From Eledone cirrhosa (taxonomy: Eukaryota), in assembly GCA_964016885.1 (NCBI GenBank), contig OZ024757.1:39246001-39310000 (forward strand): a stretch of 64,000 nucleotides of DNA, read 5' to 3'. The notes below the pieces were generated by a model that worked only from the letters and a program-made list of their open reading frames with translations, ran no database searches and had not been told where the DNA came from. The translations under genes were made by a program, and so were the position numbers. This document shows, in pieces, positions 35,166 to 49,601 of the stretch (position 1 is its first letter; every line of letters starts with the position of its first letter).

Positions 35166-35497
35166 CTATATGCGTGTATTTATGTGCACACAATAAATGT
35201 GTGAACTTTAAACAAGATAACCAAAGATTAAGTTAGTTTCAATATGTCTTCCATTCGACATAAATAATTCATAGCAAATATATAAAATATGCCAAAACTT
35301 CTATATCAATTTCTCACGCATTGTTTTTTCCATTGAAGTCGGGGAAATACTAAATTTGCAATACATGCCATCTCCCTCTTCTTCTTTTCTTTCTTCTTCT
35401 TTTTTCTTCTTTTCCTTCTTCTTTTCTTCCTTCTTCTTTTCCTTCTTCTTTTCTTTCTTCTTCTTTTCCTTCTTCTTTTTCATTTTTCTTCGTCTTT

Positions 35498-35934
35498 GGG
35501 CGGTTGATTGGCAGTATCGGTAGAGAGTCGGACACCATGCTTTGACGCATAGAGTTACGGCCCTTTATGACCTGAGTTCAAATCCTGCCGAGGTTAAATT
35601 TGCCTTCCATCCTCACTAAAGTACCAGTAATGCACTGGGATAATTGCTGGCCTTGTGCCAAAAGTAGAAACAATTATATATATATATACATATATACACC
35701 ATGTCCACCATATATGATGTTGTCCAAGGGAAAGGCTATGGCCGATACAGCTCAGCACTAGTGACGTCACTGCGACGGACGCCATGCTTTGACGCATAGT
35801 TACGGCCCTTGCCATTCTGAGTTCAAATCCCGCCGAGGTTAACCTTGCCTTTCATCCTTACAGGGTCGATAATATAAAGTACCAGTAATACACTGGGTAA
35901 TTGCTGGCCTTGTGCCAAAAGTAGAAACAATTAT
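35498..35934 (+). mobile_element. Two tandem SINE family A copies (35498-35677, 35776-35934) with duplicated flank
   Basis: Both copies are followed by the same caccatgtccac..gtcca.gggaaagg flank. Confidence 0.85.
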
Positions 35935-35974
35935 ATATACACATTATATATATATATACACCATGTCCACTATA

Positions 35975-36175
35975 TATGTTGTCCATGGGAAAGGTTATGA
36001 CCGATACAGTTCAGCACCAGTGACGTCGCAACTCATTTATACTGCTGAGTAAACTGGATTAACGTGAAATAAAGTGTCTTGCTCAAGGACAGAAAGCATC
36101 ACCCGGTCAGAGAATCAGACTCACAACCTCTCAATTGTAAGCCTAACGGTTTAACCATTAAGCCATACCCCTTCA
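35975..36175 (-). mobile_element. SINE family B
   Basis: The reverse complement aligns with 18906-19045. Confidence 0.7.
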
Positions 36176-36479
36176 CATAAACACGGTAATACATAAAATA
36201 TATCACGCACAAATGTTTATAAGTATTATTGTTTCATTAATAAATCTTTAACCGATTTAATTAGAATATTGATGAAATTCGTGATTTATAGAATAATTAA
36301 TACTTGAGATCTTTCAAGATCGTACTGTGTCATCGATACAGACTTGGTAGCTAATTATTTAAGCAACATGTATTTTACTAATAGATACCATGCAATCATA
36401 CGTGTCTAGCTGACGGTAGAAATTTTTCAAAAATAATTAAATACATGTTTTGTTCAGAGAATGTTTTTTTTATATATAT

Positions 36480-36635
36480 ATAATTGTTTCTACTATTGGC
36501 ACAAGGCCAGCAATTACCCAGTACATTACTGGTACTTTATTTTATCGACCCCGTAAGGATGGAAGGCAAAGTTAACCTCGGCGGGATTTGAACTCAGAAT
36601 GGCAAGGGCCGTAACTCTATGCGTCAAAAGCAAGC
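36480..36635 (-). mobile_element. SINE family A
   Basis: Tail, core and B-box on the minus strand. Confidence 0.85.
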
Positions 36636-36703
36636 GTGTGTGTGTGTATATATATATATATATGTGTGTATTCATTTATATATATATGTATATCTACGTA
36701 GGA

Positions 36704-36737
<34 letters not shown>

Positions 36738-36884
36738 ATATATTTATATATATATACATATGTATGTATGTATATGTACGTAGGTATATATATATGTGTG
36801 TATATATTTATATATATATATATACATATGTATGTATGTATATGTACGTAGGTATATATATATATGTGTGTGTGTGTATATATT

Positions 36885-36923
<39 letters not shown>

Positions 36924-36989
36924 GTATATGGGTATATATACGTATATATATATATATGTGTGTGTGTGTATATAGGTATATATGTGTTA

Positions 36990-37599
36990 TGTCAGGTCAC
37001 CAGTTGGTGCTACTGGTAACACGTATCCCAGTACAACCTGTCTCATAGTCGGGTCGTTGGCGACTAAACTGGCAACCCCACCAAGGTTTCTTGGTGAGAA
37101 GGGTGACTTTGGACATCCTGCAGGACTAAAAACAAAAGCTGTCAATGGCCAAAGGAGCTCTTAAGAGTCAATGGCCATCCAAAAATCACCGGGAGAGATG
37201 ACCCCTTAGCCTTTGTCAAGGCAGAATTCTAGGAGAAGGAAAACTCTGATATAACACCTGCAACTTTGATGGTATCCAATGATGTTGACTTGTTCTTCTT
37301 TTTGGTAAATATCATCTTGGTTAAGAGAGTGGGACTGGCTTTGTGCAGCGACTTTGCTCACTATAAAAGCTTCACGGCACAGGCATTGCTTTATATCTGG
37401 AGATCTCTCTGCACTTGTCGTCACATGGTACCATGGGCCCAGCACTATGTGTCAATAATTGTCACAAGTGTAGTGTTTGTACCAGAGTTTTCAAGTCGCT
37501 GGCTGGACTAAAAGTCACACTCGTTCAGCGCATCGGTAGGGCTTCTCCTACATGGATATAAAGTAGTGGACGTACTCAAAAACGAGTTGGCAGCCACCA
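36990..37599 (+). mobile_element. Unclassified ~600-bp element, copy 2
   Basis: Matches 12265-12850 and carries a ~20-bp segment (gggagagatgaccccttag) that copy 1 lacks. Confidence 0.85.
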
Positions 37600-38714
37600 T
37601 GTGTATATGTACGTATATATATATGTGTGTGTGTGTGTGTGTATAGGTATACATATAAGTGTATATGTATTTATATGGGTTAGATTATAGAAAAATCTCG
37701 AATTCGTTGTTAATTTACTCCCTTTGTCTTTCCCAGAATTACTAATGTAAACGTAAACATTAAATCACACACGATTTTCGCCCTATATATCTTTATCTAC
37801 ATCTTACAGAAGAAAAAGATCCTTAAACCATCAAACTTTTAAAGTATGCTTAAGAAATAAATGAATATCAAAACCAGCTATTATCTATGAATACAGTTAT
37901 TAAACAATATTTTAAAATTGATCTATAGTAACGTTGACTACTTAAATTAATGAATAATTATATAAAATATAATTAATTGTCAGTAAAATAACTCTTTGGG
38001 GCATTTGCGATTACCTCCCTTATCCCCACATTTACAACCAATCAGAGAACGATGTATATTCTGAGCTGTTACTATACCCTGGCAAACGCGCATAATTCAA
38101 AATGTCGGTAAATAACTGGTCGTGTAAAATAAGCAATATGCCAACAACTTCTATTTCGTTGTACAGTTTTAAAATTGTGTTCGCTTGAGTATGGTGAGAG
38201 AGAGAGACAGAGAGAGAGAGCAACCCCCAACAGGAGACGGTACCTTGAGAGATATTACAGTCCCATTCTGTCAACCTCCGAATTTATACATATCACACGC
38301 AGGTAAAGATATACTTGACATAGACAATCTATAATACATTTGCACACACATTGTTACATACTTAATTCTTCGCATGATTATACCAATACATTCACTTATA
38401 TATACATATACTTTGGTATGTATTGTGTGTTAGTTTAGCCTACCACAATGTCCGATTTGTCAAGCTATTTAAACGTATGTTATAACTCTGAGACCTATCT
38501 TATCGAGTGCTTCGCTAACCCATCACTTCATATAAGTAGGCCGAATTACTTGCAAACCGCCAGAGATTCGATTTTACTGATTCCCAATCATATATATATA
38601 TATATATATAACGAAGGAAGTGTGGTAAGGAACCAGGTGGACCATAACGCACCAGAGTACTCGATACTGTAGGTAGTAGAATGGGTAATAGGAAAAGAGT
38701 CTTTTAGGACACCT

Positions 38715-38753
<39 letters not shown>

Positions 38754-38985
38754 GTAATAATAATAAATTTGAAGACTAAAATCCAAAGAGGGCTCGATAA
38801 GGATAAATATATATCATATATAAGAACCGTAAAGCAAATATTTATTAAAATAACATTAAAGTTTAAGCAAAGAATCGCTGCTTTCACCATTAACGGGATC
38901 TTCAGAAGATCCCGTTAAGGGTGAAAGCAGCGATTCTTTGCTTAAACTTTAATCTGTTATTTTAATAAATATATATATATAGATA

Positions 38986-39062
38986 CAGGGTGTACTAAAA
39001 GATGTATACACACTTCGACAGCATTCTAGTAAGTATGTGTATATGTTTGGGGGGACACCCTG
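38986..39062. mobile_element. Tc1/mariner-type MITE (77 bp)
   Basis: TA|CAGGGTGT...ACACCCTG|TA with imperfect ~30-bp terminal inverted repeats. Confidence 0.7.
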
Positions 39063-40464
39063 TATATATAAACACAATATATCTTAGTGGGAACTCATTT
39101 GCGAATGATACGAACTTGTATGTCGCATGTATTTGATTCTAAATGGATTTACATTTACATTGTATTTGAGAAAGAATACAAAATAAGAACCATTCGTCAT
39201 CAATAAATGATAGAAAGTTAGTATTCATTTCAAATTTTTTTTTAATTTCCTTAAATTACTGTCTTTTTCTTTAAGAATCAGTTAAGTTTCTGAGTCGACA
39301 TTTGCTTCATTTCGTGGAACAAGGAAGGACATTTCAATTGATTACTTTTTATTCCTGTATTTTAATCAATACTCCAACACAAACTTAATAAACCAGAATA
39401 ATGTCAGTGGTTCATTCTAGTTATTTTATTTTACTGTTGGCCAAATATTATACAAATACACACATGTGAACGCATTGACCGACTCAACAAATAGAACAGA
39501 GAAATCTTTTTTGTTCCGTTTTTTTTTTATTGGGTGGGGAATAGAATCAAAATTTTAGCGACAATCTTTAGCAATGGAAAAAGTTATAAGAAAGGGCAAA
39601 TCAATTTTTTTTTAAATTACCATTTGATTTGAAATTAATCCAACATATCTTTGTGTCGCTAACGATTGTTTTTGTTTTATTTTATTTTTGTTATTCCGAT
39701 TAAGAGAGAAAATTCATTTCATTAAGAATTTTTTGCACAAGACATTCAGCGATCGAATACCGTCTTGATATGTCTTAATTCAAGCTATTGACTTATTCCA
39801 ATCGTTCCCCTTAGCTCAATGTTGTATAATGCTGTATGAAATGCTGCTTGCCAGAAATATATTTCTGTCATCTATTATTAAACCTTCTTAAAACATTTTT
39901 TTCTTCTCATCCAATTCAGGTTGTGATTATAACCCTTGAGCTATTAAAGTCTAACCTATTAGTTTAGTCTAATAATTATAGATTTTTTTATCGTCCTTTT
40001 TACTCGTCTTCATTTATATATTTACTTATGTAAATTTATTCATTAATGCCAGGACTTTAATTTTCTTCATTCAAATATTTTCTTTGTAATATATATTTAT
40101 ATCCACTCAATTCCCACCCCGCTCCCCGTAACATTATTATTCCAATTTTTATCGTAAAAAACATCGACATTTACCTACTGATTTTTACTCATTTCATTAT
40201 TTCATATCTTTTAAAGTTCCCCTCTCCTTAGATCATTTTTTTAACGGCTAACACATTGCAATTGAATTTAACTTATATATCATATCAACGACGTTCTCTG
40301 GAATATTTCCAATCAATCATTAATCTGATATTCAAAACAATCTTTTCAACATAAAATAATTGAATTTTATAATTATTTCATAGTGTGTAAACTCCTAATT
40401 CACCACAAATATATTCCTAATTCTTCTTCTTCTTGGTGCGAGAGCGATCTACTTCACATTTTAC

Positions 40465-40942
40465 TTAGTCTATAACACCACAATTCGGTATTCGTGCCAA
40501 CACTCACATATGATCATGAGTGTTGGGTATGACTGAAAGAATGCGATCGTGAATACAAGCAGCCGAAATGGGATCCCTCCGAAAGGTCTTTCGAGTAACG
40601 TGGCTCTATAAAGTGCATAACTCGGAGATCAGAGAGTCACTCCATGTAGAGCTGCTACTTTTTCTGATTGAGAGATCACAGCTCCGATACTATGGGCATG
40701 TGGTTAGAATGTCTCAGGAAATATTCGGTGGACAGATTTTTCGGGCAAAACCAACCGGCAGGAGATCCCGGGGTAGACACCGAGCAAGATGGTTGGATAA
40801 CATCCATTAGCTTGGCTGGTCTCACTTGGGGATCCAGCTGGATCAGTTGGAGGTGGTTGCTTCTGACAGGACCCGCTGGAAGGAGTGTTTGAGGACTGTG
40901 TCCCCACGACTCTCTCAGGAATAAGTGGGCGAAAAAGAAGAA
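40465..40942 (+). mobile_element. RTE-clade (Expander-like) LINE 3' fragment
   Basis: Encodes IQAAEM..LRKV...NSEIRESL.VE.LL..IERSQLRYYGHVVRM...GRR.RGR.R.RWLD, with in-frame stops and a GAA tail. Confidence 0.88.
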
Positions 40943-41664
40943 TTGTCTTCTATCATAGTGGAATATTCGAAAGTTTGACGTAGCTACACAGTCAATTGTT
41001 TGTGACACTGGTTAAAGCAGAATTCTATCAGTGTCGTTACAGGTGATCTTGTAAAATACTCTAACATCATAAATATCTACTTCCTACTATCACAACCTGA
41101 GAAACAGATCTTATTTATTTTGAGACTAATCAAAATAAATCAGGATCGATACATACATCAAATATGAGAAATAAACGAAATTTAGGTAGGGAAAAATTGT
41201 GAAGCATATAAACTTCTGAAAGTAAAGAGACATTAACTAAAAAAATACTTTTAATATAAGTCGGAATGCTATTTATTGTTGTATAAGTGCTCACAAATAC
41301 TGGTGGAATAGTAAAATATTACAATACTAAAAGGGAAAATAAAACAATATCGAACAGAGTATATAAAAAAAAAGATTTAATAAAAAGTAAAATAACATTA
41401 AAAATATGTCCCTACCACACGTAAAAAAAAAAAAAAAAAGATTCTGCAAATCGTAAACACAGAAGTAAATCGATATCCATTTGATTGATTTGATTAATTT
41501 CTATTTTGGGGAAGGAATCGTTCTCTTTTTTTTTATAACTGTTGGTTGTATTGATTGCTTTTAAGACTAAGTTAATTTGTCTTTGAATGTCAACTACTTT
41601 CCAATACATTTTCTTTCGTTCTCGTAGACCTTTCTTCCGTCATTTGATTCTGTCTGACTTTCTC

Positions 41665-41710
<46 letters not shown>

Positions 41711-41712
41711 TT

Positions 41713-41760
<48 letters not shown>

Positions 41761-42264
41761 TGCATACATGTATATAGAGAGAAACAAATATATATGGATT
41801 TATTTGTTTCTCTCTCTATACACATACACACACACATATATACGTTGATATAGCTACACAAACATAATGTTTGAGTTTCTATCAATGTGTTCGTGCGTGT
41901 GTGTGTATATATATATATATATACACACACATATATATACACATATACATACACATAGAAACACAAACACGAATATGTGTTTGTATATGTCTATATCAAT
42001 ATATACATATATATATATATATATCGGTGTGTATTTGTGTCTCTATATCACTATATGTGTGTGTGAGTGTTTGTGTATCTATATGTGTGTGTGTGATTAT
42101 GTACCTTTATATATTTATATGTGCGTGAGTGTTTGTGTATCTATATGTATGTGTGTTTGTGAATCTCTATATTACTATATATGTTTGTGTGTGTTTGTGT
42201 ATCTCTATATTACTGTATATGTTTGTGTGTGTTTGTGTATCTCCATATCATTATATGTGTATGA

Positions 42265-42454
42265 GGGCGGTGAATTGGCAGTATTGGTAGAGGATTGGAC
42301 GCCATGCTTTGACGTATAGTTACGGCCCTTGCCATTCTGAGTTCAAATCCCGCCGAGGTTAACTTTGCCTTTCATCCTTACGAGGTCGATAAAATAAGTA
42401 CCAGTAATACAATGGGATAATTGCTGGCCTTGTGCCAAAAGCAGAAACAATTAT
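42265..42454 (+). mobile_element. SINE family A, full length
   Basis: gggcggtgaattggcagta head, B-box, core and tail. Confidence 0.9.
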
Positions 42455-42794
42455 GTGTGTGAGAGATTATGTACCCTTATATCTATATATGTGTGTGAAT
42501 CTATTTATTGAGTCTGATAGAATGAATGTACAGCACAAACTATCTTTACTTTCTTTTCTACATTTCCAACTTCACAAATCGTCTTCAACAACAATGGATT
42601 TCTACGTCTTCCTTTCTTCACTTAACGTAACTGAAATTTATTTTATTGTGATTCTCCAGCTTTTTTCTCTGCAAGTCACCTTTTTCTCCGACGTTGCTTT
42701 TCTTTGCGGTTATTTTTTTAGAATATTTTTCCTTTTCAATATTTTTCGCTTTTCCTTTTCAATCATTCATTCTCCCTCATTCTTTCTCCTCCTA

Positions 42795-42795
42795 T

Positions 42796-42834
<39 letters not shown>

Positions 42835-43195
42835 ATCTCTCTCTTTCTTCTCTCTCTTTTTCTCTCTCTCTCCCTCTCTCTTTCTCTCTCCCTCTCTCTC
42901 TCTCCTCTCTTTCTCTCTCCCTCTCTCTTCTCTCTTTCTCTCTCCCTCTCTCACTCTCTCTTCTCTCTCCCTCTCTCACTCTCTCTTCTCTTTCCCTCTC
43001 TTTCTTCTCTCTCTCTCTCTTCTCGTTCTCTCTCTCTCTCTCCTCTGGCTCTGTCACTCACGCTCTCTCATCTCTCTCAATCTTTCTCTTTCGTTCCCTC
43101 ATACTTTCCCTATCTCTCGCCCTCTCTCCCTATCTCTCGCCCTCTCTCCCTATCTCGCGCCCTCTCTCCCTATCTCGCGCCCTCTCTCCCTATCT
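42795..43195. repeat. Degenerate (CT)n microsatellite
   Basis: Directly visible. Confidence 0.9.
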
Positions 43196-43309
43196 GGTTG
43201 TAAATCTAAATTTGAAAAGGAATTATACAGTTGTTCCCTATGTTTATAACTCTATAAAACTGTCCGTTATTTTTTTTTAGAATGATATATAACTAGTGTC
43301 GAATTTTGT

Positions 43310-43402
43310 CTTCGTCTTCTACATAAGAGGATCGTGTGGGCAGAGTTCTTAAACACTCTTTCCGGCGGGTTCCTGTCAGAATCAACCGTTCCCAACTGAT
43401 CC
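43310..43402 (-). mobile_element. Expander-like RTE 3' remnant
   Basis: The reverse complement resembles 40840-40940. Confidence 0.6.
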
Positions 43403-44204
43403 TGTGGAGGGCGGCTCTCCTAGTAGGGTCCCAAAATGATCCAGCCAATTCCTCTTCCTATCAATGGGGCCTGTTCCTGGGATCTGACTCGGACCCCCTC
43501 TTTTCCTCTCTGTGATCTCATTACATCACTAATATAATGTCAGCAACGTTTCTTCAAACTTTACCAGCCACTGAGTGTAAGGTTTTCTTTAAGGATTTCA
43601 GTAAACAAATATTTCAAAGCTACTAAGCTGCAACAATATAACTTGGATAGAAAGGAATCTGGAATTTCTCCATATCACATCATATGTACGAGGTATTGAT
43701 TCTATGAATTAGATGATAGTGTTAACCGAATATTAACAGGAAAATAATTTTTCTAAAATTTCCGAAATTAATTGACGTTCATTTTCAGACTTTATTCATA
43801 CCACGAAAAAATCTTTCGCTCTAACATTTTTGTGATTGAAATTACATCATTTAAGAGTTTTAAAACATCTTTTTTTTTTATATACTGTGTGAATCGTAAG
43901 TGATTAGATGAATGGAAATAATTAACGGTTAATCATAAATATACTCTTTTCTTTAAACTACCTGACGTCACTCTATATACATTTCTATAGCACGTTCACC
44001 CATATACATGACTTCTACTTCACTGCACTTTCAAGTGTATATATATATATATATGTGTGTATGTATATATTTTTGCTTGTGCATATATATGTATACATAT
44101 ATATATATATATATATGTATGTATATATTTTTGCTTGTGCATATATATGTATACACACATATATATATATGTATGTATATATTTTTGCTTGTGCATATAT
44201 ATGT

Positions 44205-44250
<46 letters not shown>

Positions 44251-44377
44251 TAATTTTTACTTCTGTGTATGTATATATATATGTATTTATTTTTACTTGT
44301 GTGTATGTGTATATATATATATATATATATATACTTTCATACTTGTGTGTGTATATATATATATATACTTTTATACT

Positions 44378-44411
<34 letters not shown>

Positions 44412-44726
44412 GACTTTTGTGTAGTGTATTAGCTTCTGGTTAACACGATTAAAATACGTTGCCTTACTGAAATACATCTTAATTTGAAATTTATTGATTT
44501 TTATTGTGAAAAGTGACCAAAATTCGTATATTAATTTTAATATAATCGAAAATGTTACTTTCGGAAATGAAGACGAAATTTTGCGGAAAAAACCCCACAA
44601 AGGAATCGACGCAAGAATCTGCCGTTTTCCGCGTAACCACGGTAATGATTTTACTAAAGTCATCTGGTTAGAGCACACTGTAAGTGTAGAAGACCTAACA
44701 GGTGACTAAACAAGTATATATAAAAT

Positions 44727-44878
44727 ATAATTGTTTCTACTTTAGGCACAAGGCCAGCAAATTACCCAGTGCATTACTGGTACTTTATTGTATCGACCCC
44801 GTAAGGATGAAAGGCAAAGTCAACCTCGGCGGGATTTGAACTCGGATCGTAAAGGGACGTAACTATGCTGGAAAGCAT
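44727..44878 (-). mobile_element. SINE family A
   Basis: Tail, core and B-box on the minus strand. Confidence 0.85.
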
Positions 44879-45038
44879 TATAAAATATAATGAATGCATG
44901 ACATTATTTTGAATGCGTGACATTCCTCAGCTTTTCACAATAAAACAAATATATATCAAATTTCTGAACTTGACCAATTTTGTTGTATACCTATCGGCCT
45001 ATTTACATCTAATATATAATATATATATATATATATAA

Positions 45039-45086
<48 letters not shown>

Positions 45087-45159
45087 ATTGTTTGGGAGTG
45101 TCTTGCTCCTTGTCAAGATTGTGTATTCTCTCGCCTCTGCTACTTGTTGGAAGAACTGA

Positions 45160-45213
<54 letters not shown>

Positions 45214-45251
45214 CATTCATATCTTAATTGTCTTCTTTGTGTCTTTTGTAG

Positions 45252-45404
45252 TACGAAGCTGCCCTTATGTTCGACGCCGTCTACCTCTTCGCCAAAGGTC
45301 TTGAAGATATGGCTAAACAATCGACAATTCCTTTAACAAACCTGACTTGTGACTCAAATACTAAATGGATAACTGGCGCTATGTTGTATACCTACCTTAA
45401 CACG
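45252..45404 (+). CDS. GRIK: Kainate-type iGluR, ATD exon
   Basis: Acceptor ttgtag, donor gtatgt. Encodes YEAALMFDAVYLFAKGLEDMAKQSTIPLTNLTCDSNTKWITGAMLYTYLNT, with the AALMxDAV and LxC...W..G motifs. Confidence 0.93.
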
Positions 45405-45766
45405 GTATGTAAATATACAATACCTCTTCATTTTCCATGTCATTCATAGTAGAACTTCAGTTCACGAAGTTTATTCGTTCCTGAAATATGTGTTGCCATC
45501 AGACGTGGTATGAGAGAGAGGGAGAGAGATTGTGTTTGTTTTATGAAAGAGAGATAGATATCACCATAGTAACCGCACAACTGCAACATTTTTCATATAG
45601 TCAGAAATATCTACGTTGAAGCTTTTAATTTAAGTTCCATTCAATAAAATCCATAGCTTCAACGGTTCTAAAAATATATCGTATATATATATCTATCCAG
45701 GAAGCTCCAACCCTTAAGGTTGTCTTTATTCCGGGTATGTCAATATTTATTTATAAAATAAATCTG

Positions 45767-45832
45767 TATTTTATCTGATGAAAGCACACCATAATTTGCC
45801 TTGGTTGCTCTTGAAATATATATAATAAAATA
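45767..45832 (+). ncRNA. Type I hammerhead (family H2), 360 nt after an exon
   Basis: TATTTTAT-CTGATGA-AAGCACACCA..TGGTTGCTCTT-GAAA-TATATATA^ATAAAATA. Confidence 0.75.
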
Positions 45833-46121
45833 AATATGGTTTTATAAATATAGTTTCCATTTATTAATATATTGTATATATATATTTAAGTTGCTCGCAC
45901 ATTGCTTGGTTTGTTGTTTTTTCGCTGTTTTCTCTTTTTCCTTCTATTTTCCTTCTCTCATTCCTTCATTTTCGTAATAATTTACCCAGTTATTGAACGT
46001 CTGGGCAGTAGATATATTGTCTTTAATGCGTGGAAATATCCGAGACCCCCAGTAGACAACTGAAGAGGACCCCCCTCTCCCTCCCGTTCTTGCTTTCTTC
46101 TTATTCTCACTCCATTTTAAG

Positions 46122-46168
<47 letters not shown>

Positions 46169-48277
46169 GCGGGTTGCTGTCTGTACACATACATACAAGT
46201 GTGTATGTGTATATATTTTAGAGTCTCAAAAGAGATCTTTAGAAATTCGTTGTAAACTTGATGACCAAACTGTCGTCAAATCTGAAAAACTGGTCGATTT
46301 TAATTTCTCCAGCAATTTCTTACTGCATTTATTCTGATTGAAATATATTGACTGATATCTATAATCCAGGTTGACTTTTTCATATTACTCACATGAGAGC
46401 AATTTCTAAAATTCACGTGGTTAAAGTTTCGTCTGATCTGCTGGTGCGGGGGTTATAATTGGCTAAAATCCATGAAAGGGAGAGAAACCATTTCAAACTG
46501 TTGTAACAAAACACTCAGCTCTTTTATATTTTTAGCCATATTTTTTTTCGGGTGGAGGGGTGTTTGAAACGAGTGAGGACAAGGTTGGGATTCGTCTGAA
46601 AAATTATTTGAAATAATAATATTAAATTAAAATAAAACAAAAACTCTAATGAAATGATAACGAAAGCTTTGATCGTTTGTATAATTGGTTACCTCTAACG
46701 ACTGACCTTTCATATAAACAAAATTCAAGTTAAAAATAATTGCAATACAACAAAGGAGATTATTTGGGTTGGGGTAGGGGGAAGCTATGAATATAAAGCA
46801 AAGAAAAATTACCGTCAATTGCTCCTACTAATACTACAACCCCTGCTGATGATGTGGTGCGTGATGATGATGTAGTCCATGATGATGATGATGTCCATAA
46901 TGATGTTGATGATGTTGCTTTGTTTTTTAATAACAAAAATAATGAAATAATTTGAGGCAACAATATTATCAATATTATTATTATTATTAATAATAATAAT
47001 AATATAGACAGCGTTTAATGTTTCCTGTATTGAATGAAGTTCGATTTTTTTTTTTCCTCGGAAATATTGATGCTGTGTCTCTTTGAGTTGTGGGATATTT
47101 CATTTTTTTGTGAGTGTGTAATTTATTCTTTGGGTTTTTTTTTTCTAAATATCTAATTCAAATATAAGGTCATGCATGTCATCCGCCATAAAATATTAAT
47201 GAATTATATTCTTATTACAGATATTTTATACGTCAGACATTTTTTTTTTATATTACATTAAATTTGCTGTCAGAATGAGGGATTTTTGCTATTCTTATAT
47301 CCATTTCACGTACTGAAGGGAAATTACATAATCACACATTAATAATTATATCTTTGATCTCACACCGTTTGGTTTTGAAATATAACAACAAGAAAAAAAG
47401 CGCAGCGATATCCTCTATATTAATAATAAATACACACTTTCATCATTCATAATTGCATAATAATAAAGAAACAAACTGTATAAAATACATAAAGTAATGG
47501 CGAATTTTACAAGGGTGCTTCAGATAAACGTTATAATACAAATGCGTAGAAATGTAATCTAAATTTCCTTTGACACGCAGTGAGAAGTGTAAAGAATGAT
47601 TTAGGTGAATTAAATGGAAATTCATGGATATTTATAATTAGTGTCTCTCCAAAAACGAACCGCTCTGGCGGACGGAATATCAAATATTGTTTGACATATA
47701 TATTTAAATTGCAATATAATTTGAATTGAACCTTATATATATATATATAATATAATTTGCTTGTATAACACTTCAGATATATCGTATTAATGGTGTAGGT
47801 AGAACAGGAAATCTCTGGATCAGATGCATTTTTGTTTGTATTTGTTTTGAGATTAATGTGGCTATGGGCATATTTTATTGGATTCTCTTCTATACAAGAT
47901 TAGAGAGTAATCTTCACACTTTAGTTATTGGATCAAAGATTGGTTACTCTGCCGTTTATTCGTAGTAGGTCATCTCGTTCTCCCATAGCTGGAGACTACA
48001 TTCTCACAAAAGCTAAACGACTCTGCATTAGGTTTTACAATAAGTGTAACCAATATGTTAAATGTTAACTCACGAGTCGAGTTTCCTCGATCCAATGAAC
48101 AGTTTTTTTTCCATTTGTCTCAATTTATCATTATCACTCCAAGATCCGTTAAATTTCCTCCCGTGTCAGTACATAGCATATCCAGATATATTGTTTCAAC
48201 ACCACCTCTACGTCCATGACCGTGGGCAGGCTTCTATAATAGAACATGACTGACGCACTCGTCTTTTCCCCTGTAAC

Positions 48278-48515
48278 AAAAACGAACGTTATTCAACGCC
48301 ACAGTTGAAAGTGTGTTACTCTACGGGTCGGAAACATGGACGCTTGTAAACCCTCGTAAAACGACTAAATGGTTGTCACACGAGCCTCCAGAGACACACT
48401 TTCAACATGTCTTGGTGACAAAAGGTCACAAATGGAGAACTCTATCTGGATAGTCCGCCCAGATCGGATATTGTTCGTCTAAGAATGATACGTTTTAAGG
48501 GAAATGTTAACAGAA
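48278..48515 (+). mobile_element. Old RTE-clade LINE fragment
   Basis: Encodes KRTLFNATVESVLLYGSETWTL...KVTNGELY...IVRLRMIRF, with stops and frameshifts. Confidence 0.75.
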
Positions 48516-48963
48516 ACCAATCTACAGACAACAGATTTCTTTTATAGAACATTTTAGAATGGAAATTTCCAGAAGAATTTACACACAAAAGAAAAAAATA
48601 AATGAACATTATTTCCTAGCAAAAAGATTTACTTTGGAAAATAAGTCTGTATTTACATTTGTCTACTTAAAATTTTATTTTTTTCTAAGCCACTATTGAC
48701 CGTCAGTCCCCAGTCCATTCTATACACAGACACTCATTCATAGCCAAAAGAATAACTCGGAAAAATAACACCGTATTTACATTTTGTCTGCTTATAGTTT
48801 CTAAAACATTATCTTCTAAAGCGTTATTCACTAACTACGTCTAGTTTATTTTAGACACACATACTTTCCCTAGATAAAAAAAAAACATACTTGGAAAAGA
48901 ACCTCTTTATTTCAATTTTGTCTACGAATTTTTCTAATTTTTTCTGATTTTTGTTCAATTCAG

Positions 48964-49065
48964 GTTGAGATGCGTGGTCTGTCAGGAAATATAAAGTTAA
49001 CGAATGGACGACGGATGGACTTTTCCTTGGATATATTGCAGCTAAAGGAGACTGGACTACGTAAA
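48964..49065 (+). CDS. GRIK: Kainate-type iGluR, ATD exon (last visible)
   Basis: Acceptor attcag, donor gtaagt. Encodes VEMRGLSGNIKLTNGRRMDFSLDILQLKETGLRK (cf. [30 protein letters not shown]). Confidence 0.93.
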
Positions 49066-49239
49066 GTAAGTAACCAGTTAAAGTGTATCTCTGTCTTCAA
49101 TTTATTTCAGCTGATATTGATGATTTCTCAATAGCTATTGAAAACACGTCGCTTTAATATTGGTTTTGATTTTGTCATCGGGTATCATTGATGCTATATG
49201 TGGCGAATTGGCAGAGTCGTTAAAACGTATAATAATCCA

Positions 49240-49270
<31 letters not shown>

Positions 49271-49272
49271 CC

Positions 49273-49601
49273 ACGGGTAAAATTCCCGAGATCCATGGAC
49301 GAGTTCTCCCCATGGGTCTCTGTCCCTCATCATTGCATCCATGTCCTGCGTCTCCTATAGACCTGTGTCTGTCCTTAGGTCATCAGCATATGTCAACCTC
49401 GGTCTTCCTCTTCTAGTGTGTCCCTGCAGGGGCTCCCACAGGAGCACTGAGTGCAGTGTCAACTCTGAATGTCAGTGAGCATATCCAGCTAACCTCAGTC
49501 TCCTCTGTTACTTCGAGCTGACTTTTTGGAGGTACCCGTACAGCTCTGAGTTCATGATCCTCAATGTATACTGATTAATGTTCAGAGCCATCCCCAGCAT
49601 G
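49273..49601 (-). mobile_element. RTE-clade LINE family B, 3' end
   Basis: Aligns with 23896-24230. Confidence 0.85.

Noticed and set aside
38890-38935. Functional hammerhead
   Set aside because: CUGAAGA, stem II and GAAA are present, but there is no NUH triplet in register and stem I is lost. Counted only as a remnant.
42265-42360. tRNA gene
   Set aside because: A and B boxes belong to a SINE head, with no cloverleaf or acceptor stem. The same applies to the other copies.
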